Part shown: positions 1 through 13,823 of the stretch, one piece after another
Position numbering within the stretch: position 1 is the first letter of the stretch
Layout: each line of letters begins with the position of its first letter
Position numbers and translations under genes: made by a program
The notes under the pieces: generated by a model
Told to the model about the DNA's origin: nothing
Databases searched by the model: none
Seen by the model: the letters and a program-made list of their open reading frames with translations, nothing else
Source of the DNA: Marsupella aquatica
Lineage: Eukaryota > Plantae > Marchantiophyta
NCBI GenBank assembly: GCA_973895155.1
Contig: OZ316894.1
Span: 24,426,709 to 24,490,708 of the forward strand
Direction: 5' to 3'
Length of the DNA: 64,000 nt

Positions 1-1385
1 CCATGGGTTCTCGGGGTTTGCAAGGGCTATTTTGCTCGCTTGCCAAATCCTGCCGAAACAAGAACCAAGTCGCATTCAATGTCCCAAGGGAACTCATGTT
101 GGGAAGGCAAGGCCAAGTAGGCATGGAGATTGAGTTCCAAGGGCACTTGGCCCCTAGACCATCAGTGGGGCGAGAACCGGGAGTTGGTTGCTACCCTGGG
201 CCCTTAGTCTTAACTAATACATGGAGGACGTGCGAACGCTCGAAGGGTAGTTTTTATTCATTTTGAACTAATAATTATAAATATTACTGGTAATAAGGGA
301 ACTTTTAATGGTAAAATGGAAATAACAAGGGGCAAACATGACAAGGGCCCGATCGCAGGGGGGTCCACTTCATTTACATGGAGTGAGGGCCCAGGGGGTT
401 GCTAGAGTCGGGGCCATTCTGGTCCTAGCTTGTTAGGACAAGCTTGGGACAAGCTTTAGGACAAGCTATGTTACTTGGACCATGAGCATGTCCTAGGGGA
501 AGGGCGGTCAGTTGGTGATGAATAGGTACGAGGGGGAACCCGGGCTCCACCCGAAGAGGGGTTGTTCTAGACAAACAGTGGGTGTCTATTGTTTGCACAA
601 GCAACCAACCACATTGGTAAGTAACCCGCCTTGATCTCGGATCCCAAGACCATTGTCTTATCTGAAGCTCAGGGGTTTCACTTCCACAAAAATGGCACAT
701 CACGTGCGACGAAGGATAGGGTCATTTTATTGGTTTGAAGGGAAGACTTAAGATTTGTTGTAGACGGACAATAGGGTCTTTTAAATTCAATTTTGAGGCT
801 TATAAGAATATTAGGGTCTTTCTAAACAATTTTTTGGAATATTCCAACTTTATAGGGGTTGAAACATAAAAAAAATTCTTACATTTTAGGGGGTCCGAGG
901 TCTAAAAATGTTGCAGGGGATGGGGAGCCGTCCATATAGTGAGACCCCCGAGGTCGTTAGTAGAATGGATAGAGCCTCTCAAGCCGCACGGCCTTGCCAT
1001 GAGCTGAAACTTAAGTTCGGTGCCCATTGTTTGCCCAGAATATCCCCTTTATCGAGTGTCGCTCGAGCTTCCCCACTTTCTATCTGTCACCGGTTGACTG
1101 CCCTCCCTCCAAGACATGGCCACGGCCCAAATAGCTAGCTTGTTCCAAAGCTTTCCCAAATGTTGGGACCAGTTCAACCCAAACTCTAGCAACCATCTCC
1201 ACGGCTCTAATCAATCAAGAGTCCAAGGGCAGGATGCACTTAAACCTCAACCCCCATGCCTACTCTGTGTTGTCTCCCCAACGCAAGCTCCCATGGGAAA
1301 TTGAATGCGGTTTGGTTGCTATTTTGAAAGATTGGCCAGTGGGCGAGAGAACCCTTTGCAAACCGTTGATGACCAAGGCACCCAC
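1..1385. mobile_element. Degenerate foldback/long-TIR (MITE or MULE-like) element: inverted arms ~1-600 and ~1015-1385 around an AT-rich core
   Basis: The reverse complement of ~1220-1370 matches ~10-160, and that of ~1020-1200 matches ~400-590. The ORF track mirrors this: NQVAFNVPRELMLGRQ (+) vs NQTAFNFPWELALGRQ (-), and HQLTALPLGHAHGP (-) vs HRLTALPPRHGHGP (+). The left end may extend beyond the window. Confidence 0.6.
670..950 (+). repeat. Dispersed ~280-bp repeat, copy 1
   Basis: gggtcattttattggtttga...cttacattttagggggtcc...ccatatagtgagacccc occurs reverse-complemented at ~38575-38870 and, more degraded, at ~54200-54450. Confidence 0.75.
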
Positions 1386-4343
1386 GGACTGAGCTGAGAT
1401 CAGGACTATGTAGTCCTCCTCGAGAGATTTCCAGCACAACCATGAAGTCCTCGAACATACTTCCTGTTGAGGAGGTATTGTCATTTCCATTCCCGTTTCC
1501 ATTTGACGTTTCCCCTTAGTAGCACCATTGTCGCACTTCACAACTTGGGCTTGCTCCTGGCCCACTAAGAGACACCACTCCCCTCGTCTATGCTTCTAGA
1601 CAGCTGTCACCCCCAACTAACTTTGGTCCCCTATTTTTGGCTCTTTATCAGGATTCCAACCCAATCGACTAGACACAAAACTAACTTGCAGACCCATAAC
1701 TTTCTAGTTAGACAAACATAGGAAAAAAGCCTTACCTGAAGCCTCAGCCTGTTATGATCCGGCAGACGCAATGCTCATGCCTGGGCCCTCAGATCTCATC
1801 GTCAGTTTGGGTTCCGGATGGCTACACCCGAGTCACGGCGTATATCTCATGCGCCAAGCGTCCGTTCCGCATGAACTAAGTTTCTTTGGCCTTGGGCCCA
1901 AGAAGAGCTCTCCCTCAAGCCCTCAGAACTCCAAGTCCTTTTGGGGGTCTAGACGGTCCGCCCCGAGCTCGCCCTTCCCATGACCCGACCAGTTCCCAAT
2001 GTCAGTCCAGTCCCTTGTGTGTGCCACTAGTTCAACATCTTGTCTTTGCTAGTGCACCGCTTTCTTGCCCTCAAGTCACCCCATACTTAGACTCCATCAA
2101 ATGGCCATCTCGGGGGCCTGGACCATAGAAGAGCTTGTCATCGGAGTCAGCAACGCTAGAGCTAAGTGGTAGGGTAGTCAAGTTTGGCAACTGACCCCCT
2201 TATAAATATCTCACCTATTGTACCATGAGGGAGAGGATCCCAAAGTGGGCCGAAGAAGCCAAGGAGATAATCAATATGGCAACATCTTCCTACGTGCAAA
2301 CATGTGTTTTTTTTGTTTAGGGCTTTGCATTGTTTGTCACTTTTAAAAAAGGTGTCTCCACTAAACAGCAAATATGTAAGTGCATCCGCTCTATTAGGGT
2401 ATGTATGTGTACATTTTTTGGTGAGAGCATAAATCCTGAAAAACTTTTATGGATAAGTGACACATGTGGCACTTATGAGAGTCTTGAATGCAATATGGGA
2501 GAGAGCCATGGGCAATGTCCATGCACTCTATCTACTGTTATGACCAGACTCCTTCTCCCCCTTCTGTGGGCCCAAAACCTATGGATAGAAAGCTCACTTT
2601 ACACATAATGCAAACCACATGTAAGTTTCTTGGCTTCTTACTAGAAGCGTGCACTTAAAGGTGTTAAGCATAGACGATACTCACAATAGCATGCACATGT
2701 GATGGCCAACAAAGAAGTAGACTTGGATGGGGTAGCAACACGCTAAACTTACCAAGTCTTTGACTACAGTTAACCTAAGTACAGTTACGATCGTTAAGCT
2801 AGACCTAAGAGTAAGTGCCTAACAAGAGAGAGGGGAGTGTACTCACTCCATCACAAAACCCTCTCCACACACTCAAACTTTATTGAGTTCATGTGTAAAT
2901 AGTTATTAAGAGAACCACATTTACACTCTTATTAACTTTTATATTGCTTGATGTTCATTCTTGTGGTGCATCCCTTGCATTTTTTGTAATTTATTTTATT
3001 TTGCCACTGACTCCCCCTTTTTAGCCTTGAAGGGGATGACCATTTTCAGACACTTATTATTTATTGAATATGTCCTTACAGGGGTACCTTCCACCTTGAA
3101 GAAGGTAGTACAAAGTCAACCCTCATTCAGATTTCAACCTTAGACCTCCAGAGCGTCACAGTGAGTTGCTATCACTAGACTATCTTTCTCATCTCCCAAC
3201 TTCACTATCTTAACCTATTGTAAACAAAATCAAATCTAACAATAACAAGAAAATTCTTATGTGCTTGGATTGAAAAGTATTTTATATGGTTATTTGAACA
3301 AGTATATGATAGAAGATGGACATAAAATAGGTTAAGATATGAAGTTGGGAGATGAGAAGATATGGTACCATATCTTGTAAGATTTTGGTGTTCTACAACA
3401 CACTGCTCTATCGTGCATTTTGGTTTTCGGTTTTTCTATAGCTGATATCTACAGGATTGGCTTGTCCTTAGTCTCGGTGGGCTTCTTGTCAGATTTCCTA
3501 ATGGCACTAAAGACAACATTCTTCTGTTTTTCCCTAAAAGCAATTTTTTTTATTAATAACAGCCTGGAACATACATGTGGACAGCCACAAAAGCAACAAC
3601 CAAAAGAGAACACGTCACTCCAAACAAGACTTGTCATGTTTCTAGCAATAAAGAAATATCAAAAAGAAAAATAACACTGTAGCCCTGCCCAAGTTTTGTC
3701 ATGTACATGTTTTAAATGGTTCAAACGTCTTTTCAGTTTTTTATTAAGTAGGGGTTTAGAGCCAACTTGCATGTGGGCAGCCCTTTTCTCTTCCTACCCT
3801 CAACTTAACTGATGACCTTCAATTGCCAGAGAATCTTATGCCTCAAGCTCCTTGTGAACCAAGGGCAAGGCCTGGAAACTTTCCAACCCTTAAGGTCCCA
3901 TCCTTTCAAATGACATGAAAAAAAACAGGTTTCATAAGGTCTCCTTTTGACTGTGAAAAAAACTTGAAATTCTGGAAAAGCAAGATCACCTTTTTCTGTC
4001 CCATTCAGGGAGTGCTAAGGGCCCATGTCTTGAGGATTGCCCACGTGAAATTTGGCTCTGAGTTCTTTTGCCCTTGTTAAGGACTCTCAGGCTTTTTGGC
4101 TCTTTGCCTTCCTCTCCTGTTCCCTTGTTTTCTCCCCTTTTCTTGGGTCTCCTGCCTTTGAATCCCTGTCACTCTCCTGGAGCTAGATATGCAGATCTTC
4201 TTCTTTGGCAATGTGATGTATAATGCCCAGATCTATATAGATGCTAACCACATAATGTAGTTGAAAAACATTAGTGGCTGAACGACATTGTTGGGTAAGG
4301 ATTAGAAGCTGACTCAAGCTTTATTAATTTCAGCAGCAATCCC

Positions 4344-4547
4344 AGCATGGGTCCCACTTCAGCTAATTTTAGACTAGGGCATAGTTAAGTAGTTAACTTA
4401 AGCATGGGTCCCAGTTTCAGCTAATTTTAGACTAGGGCATAGTTAAGTAGTTAACTTAAGCATGGGTCCCAGTTTCAGCTAATTTTAGACTAGGGCATAG
4501 TTAAGTAGTTAACTTAAGCATGGGTCCCAGTTTCAGCTAATTTTAGA
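4344..4547. repeat. Tandem repeat, ~58-bp unit x ~3.5
   Basis: agcatgggtcccagtttcagctaattttagactagggcatagttaagtagttaactta starts at 4344, 4401, 4459 and 4517. Confidence 0.95.
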
Positions 4548-4880
4548 TTGAATCTATGACATGGTGGAAGGTCAAAGAGGTCCTTAGCAAGCTGAGTCAT
4601 AGTTGGCTTCTCATTGCAGTCAGTGGTTCGTTGCCAACCATCGTGCCCATGCCAAAGGCACATATTATGAGCTAGTCAATATTAAACAGGAGTCATAATG
4701 ACAGAAAATCATTTTCATAACTACCTCAGGTCTTTTTCATTCCTTTCTACTCTCCCATCCAATGTTCCCTACTTCCCACCTTCCCTGCAAGAGTAATAAA
4801 GCCCACATGGACCTTGGTGCTTTGTAAGACAACCCAGATGATAGGACACTTTTCACATTAGATCATCCAGACAATAGAAT

Positions 4881-4939
4881 GACTGGAGGGAGGAATCACG
4901 ACTGGAGGGAGGAATCACGACTGGAGGGAGGAATCACGA
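4881..4939. repeat. Tandem repeat, 19-bp unit x3
   Basis: gactggagggaggaatcac repeated three times. Confidence 0.95.
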
Positions 4940-5804
4940 ATCCCTGGAAGTGCCATAATGTCAGGCTTTCCGCTGCTAAGGCTGTCGTAGCCCTGGGCCG
5001 ACCATATTGAAGTAAAGACTATCATCTCCCCCCAAACACGATGCCATGGCGTTGTGTTCAAAAATAGGATTTTTTTAATCGTTGTAACAAAAAATGCTTT
5101 CAATTTAGACACTGCATCTCTTTAACACCAGCCCGCTGTGTTCGAAATGGGCATTGTGTTCGAGTCAGACCCCAAACTGTCTGATAAGCAGCACAAAAGA
5201 TGCAAATTCATGACTAAAATGACAACAAATCCGTACTCCGAGCTTCATCACTGCAGGGAGATCAAAATTGGCAATTGGAATGGTCTTGTTCTGTTTTGCA
5301 AACTTGTTCTCCCCTCTTCTCGCTCCCTTTGTGTAATTTCAATGTTTGAATTAACTAGGCATTCCTTTTAGAGTTGAAATGTTGTTGGGAAGTAGAAGAA
5401 GCTTGAAGTTCTGTATTGCAAATTTGTTTCACCTTTTTTACTCCGGTGTGTAATTCAGTGTTTGAAGTGTTTGAATAAGTACACATTCCTTTTAGGGATG
5501 AAATATTGTTGCAAAGTACAAGAAGCTTGAACTCAAACAATGCTCTCTAACACACTTTCTTTGTATGCCTACCATTTCTCATTAGATCCTAAATTCATCC
5601 CTCAGTGCCAAATTCAAACACAACACCCAAACTTGAACACAACGTCAATTTTCAAACACAACACCGCACATATGCAAAAACCAAAAGAGAGTTGAACTTG
5701 AACTCCAGGCCCTGGGGGTACTATTCAAATACAGCGCCAGGGGAAGATAGTAGTCACTGAGATTGAAGACCTTTCATCCACCAGCCATAGCCCTGGGCAA
5801 ATCA

Positions 5805-5923
5805 TATTGAAATAAATACTAGTCATGGAGAAGACCCAGTCACCCAACTGTGGTGTAGTGGTCTTATTGAAATAAATACCAGTCATGGAGAAGACCCTGT
5901 CACCCGACTGTGGTGTAGTGGTC
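5805..5923. repeat. Tandem duplication, ~60-bp unit x2
   Basis: tattgaaataaatac-agtcatggagaagaccc-gtcaccc-actgtggtgtagtggtc occurs twice. Confidence 0.85.
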
Positions 5924-7279
5924 GACTGGCTGAACTGGGGGATGCAAGTGCCAGGTTCAGATCCTTCTTGCCACAATTGCTAGTTTGACACAAACCCCAC
6001 CCAAAACTGGAGTCATAAATAGCTCTTGACACTTGGAAAAATTGGAATTTGTTGGACAACCAGACATAGCTTGACCTTGACGCTTGGAAAATTGGCAATT
6101 TGTTTTTGAGTCTGAGCCTAGGGGAGGGTCTGCCTGCCACTATGCATTTTCCAGGGTCTCATACCCCTCCTTTGATCTTAAGATCTGGAAATTCCTTTTA
6201 TGATGTGCATTCACTTTGCCTAAATTATCTTCAAATCTACATCTATAATATGCAATGCCGCCAAAAAATACTTTCGTCTGCTTACAAAATTGAAAATGGA
6301 GGGAATCAAGCTAAACCGTCAGATTATTTTAAAGTTTTTTGTGTACTCTTGGATTGATTCACCAAGAGTGTCAAATGATATACTTCTCTTTATAGTATAA
6401 TACACAGTACATGAGGTATTTCTTATGTGACATCATCTAAAATTTTTCTTTCTCTTTTATTAATAAGTTTCACACATCCCAACTATAAACTTTTGGGGCA
6501 TGTCAAATTTTTTATATTTTGCATAGAGTATGATTATAAGGTACATCTACAAACAATAACTGTCACTGAGGGACAATTGGGGTCGTAGTATATCTATTAC
6601 TGTCCCAGGTTATATAAATACCCTAGAGACTTGAAGCCACAAGGAAGGGAGAGGGTTGGTTTTCAAAGATAAAAGGGAAAAGCCACAAGGAGGGAGAGGG
6701 GAGAGGTTGGTTTCTAAAGATAAAGGGACAAAAAGAAGTAAAATAAAGTTGAGTACATGGAAACAACTGCAAAGCAATGATAGAGGGGATAATATTTTTG
6801 CCAGCCAAGAGCTTTCCCATGATGGAAAACTTATAGTTTTTTGTGTATAAAAATACTTATTTATCAAAATCTTGAAAAATGAAACATTAAAACAAAAAGT
6901 GTTTCCCTCTTCCACATTGTTGTCTTGCCTCAACATTTCTGTCTTGCTCTTGCCTTGACATTTTCACTCTCTTCAACATCCTTGACTCGCCTCAAATTCT
7001 TGGGCATTGGGCTATCACACAATAAGGGATCCCATCCATTTATGGGATCATCTGCTTACAGTTGCAAGATTGGGCCAGGTTCAACCTCAACCATTGGATG
7101 GAAAAGAAGTTTTTTGTGGCCCTTGATCTGCAAAATTCCATTAATAGCTCTGGACACTATCTCCTCTAACTCCCTTTCAGTATGTTGGGTTTCTCCCACT
7201 TTGCCTTTTGTGTCTGTTTTTTTGCTTTTATTTCCTTTAATTTATTTCTGAACATTGCCTTAATTTCTCCGTAATTATT

Positions 7280-7778
7280 TGTCTTTTGCCTTGCTTTGAC
7301 ATTGCTTTGACCTCGCTTGACATCTTTGCCTCTCCTCGACATCTTGCCCTTGCCTCAACATCTTCGCATCTCCTCGACATCCTCGACATCTGGCCCTTGC
7401 CTCGACATCTTGCCCTCATCTAAACATTTTTTGTCTCTCCTTGACATCTTTCTCTCCCATTGACATCTTGCTCTCACCTGGACATCTTTGCCTCTCCTCG
7501 ACATCTGGCCCTCCGCTGAACATCTTTGCATCTCCTTGACATCTTCGCATTTCCTCGACATCTTACCGTCTCCTCAACATCTTGCCTTTGCCTCAACATC
7601 TTCCCCTCACTCGACATCTTGCCCTCACCTCAAAATCTTGCCCTCACCTTGACATCTTGCCTTAACCTCAAAATGTTGCATTCACCTCGACATCCAGCCC
7701 TCACTCGGAATCTTGCCCTTACCTCAACGTCTTGCCCTCACCTAGAAATTTTGCCCTCACTCAAAATCTTGCCCTCAC
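7280..7778. repeat. Degenerate ~18-19-bp minisatellite (consensus ~ctcgacatcttgccctcac), resuming at 14209-14240 after the copia insertion
   Basis: More than 20 variant units are visible, and the array continues (ctcacctcaacatcttgatctcactcaacatc) on the far side of the retrotransposon. Confidence 0.85.
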
Positions 7779-8163
7779 TGTTGAGCATAGACGACGATTG
7801 CAACGGCAAGCCCCTGAACCATCCAACGCACAATAGTCGACACAAGAGATACGTGGTTCACCTCCTTGAGGCTACGTCCACGGGAACACACAAGAGAGCT
7901 TTACTGAACTCTAAGCCCGTCGGCTATACCGAGTCTCCACAGTGTAAGCTCTCCCTATCTCTCAAGTGGCTCCATAACAATGAGCCTTGGTTCTACCTAT
8001 CCAAGCACACATGCCTCTTATGATATAGTGTGCAACTTAGTTGTACCTAACCACATAGTTGTACCTAATCACGTAGTTGTACCTAACCACGTAGTTGTAC
8101 CAACCCACGTTGTTGTACCAACCACGTCATACCTAACCTAGACGTAAGAGTAAATACCCAACA
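7779..8163 (-). repeat. 3' LTR of copia copy 1
   Basis: Direct repeat of 13824-14208, adjacent to the PPT. Confidence 0.97.
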
Positions 8164-8354
8164 ATCTTCCCCTTGACTCTGGTCTAGGGGAGAGTAATAC
8201 TGCCAATGTATATGATCCCTCAGCGGGAAGTTCTGGACAGAAACCAAACCGGTTTCCCTCTCTAACTAGAGCAAACCAGAACTAAGCCGTAGCCTAATAC
8301 ATAGGAATGAGGAAGAGCATATATCAGTAATTACAATGAATGTTTAAGAAAACT

Positions 8355-11300
8355 CTACTTGTGATGCAATTGCAAAACCTGCAATACGTCACGGTGTCTA
8401 GAGAAACTCTCCAAAGGAATCACTTTGGTAAATGCGTCAGCCGGGTTGAGTTTACCATCAATCTTGACTAGCTCAAACAAATTATCAGACACAGCCTGCC
8501 TGATAAAATGGTACCTGACGTCAATGTGCTTCACTCTACTGTCCATCACCTGGTTCACAGCAAGGTGGAGCGCACTTTGACTATCACAATGGAGCTTCAC
8601 ATTCCCCTGTGGCAATCTCATTTCAGTGATAAGTCTATCCAACCAAATCGCTTCCTTTGCTGCTTCCGCAGCTGCAACATACTCCGCTTCTGTAGTAGAC
8701 TGAGCAATACACTTATGCAAAGTAGACCTCCAACTTATGCATCCACCGCCAAGTGTGAACACGTATCCTGTTGTTGATCTCCTTCAGTCCAAATCTTGTC
8801 CATAGTCAGAATCAACATAGCCAATCAATGATCTAGCATTCTTTGCATTCGCATCAAATAAAAGACCATGATCCACGGTACCCTTCAAGTACCTAATAAT
8901 CCACTTCACTACTTCCCAGTGTACCTTCCCTGGATTCGACATGTACCTGCTCACCTTGCCCATAGCCATGGCAAGATCAGGTCTAGTGCAAGTCATCAAA
9001 TACATGAGACTCCCCACTGCCTTGTCATACGGAACCTTTGACATCAACCCCTTCTCTGTGTCATCCGTAGGACAGAACGCTGATGATAACTTGAAGTGTG
9101 GAGCCAACGGGGTACTTACTGGCTTGCTATTCTCCATGTTGAACCTTGCAATTACCTTCCTCGCATAACTGCTCTGCGTCAACCATAGCTTGCCAGCCTC
9201 CAAGTCCCTAGTGATCTCCATACCCAAAATCCTCTTAGCTGACCCTAAGTCCTTCTTCTTAAACTCTGCACTAAGCAGTGCCTTGAGCTTAACAATCTCA
9301 GACCTATCCTTGGCTGCAATTAGCATGTCATCCACATAAAGTACTAAAACAATGAATCCAAAGACAACATTCTTCACCAGTTTCAAATACACACAAGGGT
9401 CAAATACACTTTTGTGAAAACCTTGTGACCGAATCCAATCGTCAAACCGCTTGTTCCACTGTCTTGGTGACTGCTTCAACCCATACAAGGATTTCAGCAA
9501 TCTGCAAACCAATTCCTCCTGTCCTCTCTTCACAAAACCTAGCGGTTGTCTCATGAAGATCACCTCTTCCAATGTGCCATAGAGGAAAGCTGTGACAACA
9601 TCCATCTGATCTAGCAGCAGACCAAACATTACAACAAGTACACACAATAGTCGTATTGTAGAGTACTTAGCAACTGGTGAGAAGACCTCATTGTAATCCA
9701 CACCTTTCTCTTGTGTGAATCCCTTTGCTACCAATCTAGCCTTGTAGACCTTCGATCCACCTCCTATGGAATTATCCTTCAGCTTGTAAATCCACTTGCT
9801 GTCCACCACTTGCTGACCCTTAGGCAGCTTAACAAGCTCCCAAGTTTTGTTGTCCTTTAGTGACTGCATCTCCGTTTGCATTGCTGCAGTCCACTTCTGC
9901 TTCTCCTTTGAAGCACTTGCCTCATGAAATGAAGAAGGTTCCCCTTCTTCCAAAATTAACACATCACCCTCATCATCAGCTGTAAAATCATCCTCTTGCA
10001 GTTGAGATGAATCAACCCACTGTCCATACCTTGGTCGAGCGCGTACAGTGCGACCAGATGTTCTTCTAGCCGATGACTCCGGTTGATCTGCGTGTGCTGG
10101 TACAATTTGAAGCTCAACAACATCCACTTGTTGCTCACCAGCATCAACAAACTCCTCTGGTTCCTCTGGCACAGGAACCAGCTCCATAATTGGAGCAACT
10201 CCTTCTCTCCGGTCATGCACCTCATAACCAATCTCCCCCTCAACGAGATCCGGGATAGGAGATTTTCCTTTGTCAGTACGGGAGACCTGAGTATTCTCCC
10301 CCTCCTTCAATAATCTGGATTCATTGAAGGAAACATCCCTACTGACAACGAGCTTACAGGCAATAGGATCCCATAGCCTATAGGCTTTCACACCACTCTG
10401 GTACCCAAGAAAAACACATTTCCTGGAGGTAGGATCCAACTTGGTCCTATTCTGCTTCGGTGTGAGAGCATATGCATCACTTCCAAAAACTACCAAGCCA
10501 TGATAGTCTGCTTGCCGCTTATAGCGTATCTCAAACGGCGTTTTGAAATTGATAGCACTAGAAGGAGAAAAATTTACCAAATAAGTTGCGGTATTGACAG
10601 CTTTTGCCCAAAATTCTTGTGGTAAACCTGATTGGCTCAACATACTCCGTGACCGCTCCAACAGTGTCTGATTGAGCCTCTCAGCGACACCATTCTGCTG
10701 CGGAGTATAAACTGTGGTGAGATGGCGAGTTATCCCCTGTTCTGAACAGTACTCTTCAAATTCCATTGAAGTGTACTCCTCGCCGTTGTCTGACCTCAGA
10801 CTCTTCACCCTTGTATCCAAACACTTGATCGTGTTTCCAGTCTGATTCTCCACCTGGCCTTCCACTTCTTAAAAATGGACAAGACATCAGACTTATGCGT
10901 CATGAAATAAATCCACACAAATCTTGAGTAATCATCAATAAATGATACATAGTACAACTTTCCAGAGTGTGAGGGAGTCGGGGATGGACCCCACACGTCA
11001 CTATGTATGTACTCAAGAACCGCTTTGGAACGATGAGTTCCAACACCAAAAGCACGACGATGCTACTTTCCAAGAATGCAATGCTCACAAAACTCTAATT
11101 TACAAGATTGCAAATCAGAAATGAGTCCATTCTTCCGTAAGATAGCCAAACCCTTCTCACTCATGTGGCCTAGCCGTGAATGCCACAGTTGAGTCATCTC
11201 CTCGTGAGACTTGGTTACATTGGCCTCTCCACATACAGTATTGCCCTGTAACACATACAAATTCTTTTGTCTACTCCCCTTCAAAATCACTGTCTCTCCC

Positions 11301-12669
11301 GACCTGACTTGAAGTTCACCATCAATAACGCTCCATTGATGAACATTTGAATCTAACACACCGAGTGAAATCAGATTCTTACGCATGCCAGGTACATACC
11401 TGACTCCGGACACTGTGCGCACAGCGCCATCAAACATTTGAATCTTCACAGACCCAATTCCCTCAATTTGACAGGAGTGATCATTTCCCATCAGAACTGA
11501 ACCGTTTGAAATAGAGTAAGAACTGAAAAACTCACGAATGTAACAAATATGAAAAGAGCAAGCACAATCAAGAATCCACACATCATCTGCTCTCCTAGAT
11601 GACGTGCACAGGGCATACTCCCGGCTTCATAAAACATACTCATCATTGAGTAAATCAGCTTCTTCATCAGCCCTAGCCATATTTGCCGATGAAGTTTCCA
11701 CTGCCTTTCCCTTACAGTCTCGCTTGAAGTGTCCAACTTGGTTGCACTTCCAACATGTCACCTGCCTCCTCTGAGGGGATTTACCCTTGGACTTAGATCT
11801 GGATTTAGATCTAAATTGGGTTCTACGGTCCCTAGTTGGTCGCTGCATACTCCTCCCACGGTTAACATTGAGGGCAGCACCAGATGATGAAGGCTGTGAC
11901 GTGATGTGCATCTTCTGCTGAAGATCATCACTAAGCAGAGAACTTACCACGTCATTGTATGAAATGGTATCCCTATCACGATGCAACAACACTCGTGATA
12001 GGGACTGGTAAGATGGAGGCAATGAACTAAGAAGCTGCAGAGCCTTCGTCTCATCATTCAAAGTCTCCCCAAGGTTTTCCAAGTCAACGACCATGTCGTT
12101 GAAAGCATCGACATGGTCTTGCAACTTCGTACCGGATTCCTTCATCCTGAAACTCATCAGTTTGTAGGAAGTGTAGAGCCGGTTCGACAACTCCTTGCGG
12201 TGATACTTGCTCTGCAATTCTGCAAACAAGGACATGCAATCCTTATGTGCACCCAACTACTTGATGATGGGAGGCATGAGATAGAGTGTAACACACCATA
12301 CTCCCTGCTCCTGCATGCGGTCCCATTGTTTCTCATCAACATCGTCTTCACGAGGGCTCAGCAGTTGGCCCATCCCTGACGCATAGAGCACTCCCTTCAC
12401 TTGCTTCTCCCATAGCAAGTAGTCAGAGCGCCCATCATATTTTGTCACTTCATACTTGGGGGTCCCCCAAGCTTGAAAGTCCCCATCTTCTTCTTTGGCA
12501 CTACCGTGAGCTCCGATAGTAGTACTGCTTCCTCCACCACACGCCGCACCGGTGATGGTATCGGTGTCACGTGCTCTTCCTCCTGCTCCTCTCTCTGCCC
12601 CTGAAACCTCCGCGGTGATCCTCGTGCTTCAAGTTCCACGTCTTCGAAAAACTCCTCCGAATCACTCAT
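8355..12669 (-). pseudogene. Disrupted gag-pol of copia copy 1
   Basis: Motifs: zinc knuckle CWKCNQVGHFKRDC, protease WILDCACSFH, integrase WHSRLGH...CEHC, RSDNG and QQNGVAER, RT YVDDML, RNase H STTEAEY and KHIDVRYHFIR. Premature stops at ~12257, ~11063 and ~8784; frameshifts near 12460 and 10860. Confidence 0.93.
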
Positions 12670-13823
12670 ATGAGAAAATCACAAAAAATGTTGTTTTTCA
12701 CAACTTCTCAAAAAACTCGAAACTGAACACCACCGCGTAGCCCACAAAGCTAGGAGTCCAATACTGAAAACCGAAATCAAAATCAAAATTTGACGGAAAA
12801 GTTATTCAAATTTCGGTCGAGGTGGGTAAAACCTTGGGAAACTCCCCCGTTTTGACCACCTCAGGGAATAACCGAAATACCAAGTACAACCCATTGTCAG
12901 AATTGCGATGTGATCGGTGCGTTGCGTTGCCAACTTCAATGGCTACGACCTCGCCGAAAAATAACCAAAAAAGTTACCATTCGGCGGATGAAATCTTTGT
13001 CGGACGGTCAAAAAATAGCTCTCTAGTTTTTTGGAATATTCTATGACCCTTGTACAGGCCCTGTGGGAATTTTGGAAGAACAATCGAGGGGCTGACATGT
13101 GTCCTCGAACCCCCAAAAACCCCTACCACCCTTCGTCGTCGAAATCTGGTCGCGCGCGCAGAAAATACACGCGGCAGAATATACCCCTCGACACCAAACG
13201 CAAGATATCTCACTCGGGTTTTGACGAAATCAAGATCCGATTTCAGATTTGGAAACTAGACTCCGAGGCGATGAAGATCGATATAAGAAGCACCCAAAAC
13301 GAGGAAATAACGAGAGAGAAAAAAATTGGTAAAGATGACAGATTTTTCTCAATTGCCATAGCCAATTTCGAATCAGTTTTTCAAAGAGAAAAAAATGGTA
13401 CCTTGTCAACAACAAATGTTGATCAATTGCACTTGGTGCCGTCACCAAGTCCAACAAGGTAATTGATTTTTGCTTAGCCTTCCTCTTTGCATCAAAGAGC
13501 CAATCCCGGACTCAAAACAATCGTCTTGCCTCAATCTCTCCGTTGAGTCAAAACACTTGACGCTTCTCCCTCCGAGTCGATTGCCAACTTTCTTCACAAA
13601 ATCCAGAACGACAAAAACTTAGATCTCTCTACACCACGAGCTCCGTTCAGCGATTTCTTCACACCGTTAGAAAGCTCTTGCCCTGATCTATCCGTTGAGC
13701 CAATAAACTCAAAGTTCCATGCGACGGAACTCTGGGAAATCCACCGACACTCAACGCTGGAAAAACCGTCATGAAATCCCGTCACGAACACACATCACCT
13801 CCCAAGCATGCTCTGATACCAAT

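Noticed and set aside
13031-13462. Antisense ORFs in the copia 5' leader, mirrored at ~44517-44950
   Set aside because: The similarity reflects nucleotide identity of the two copies. The frame is broken in copy 2 and there is no recognisable domain.
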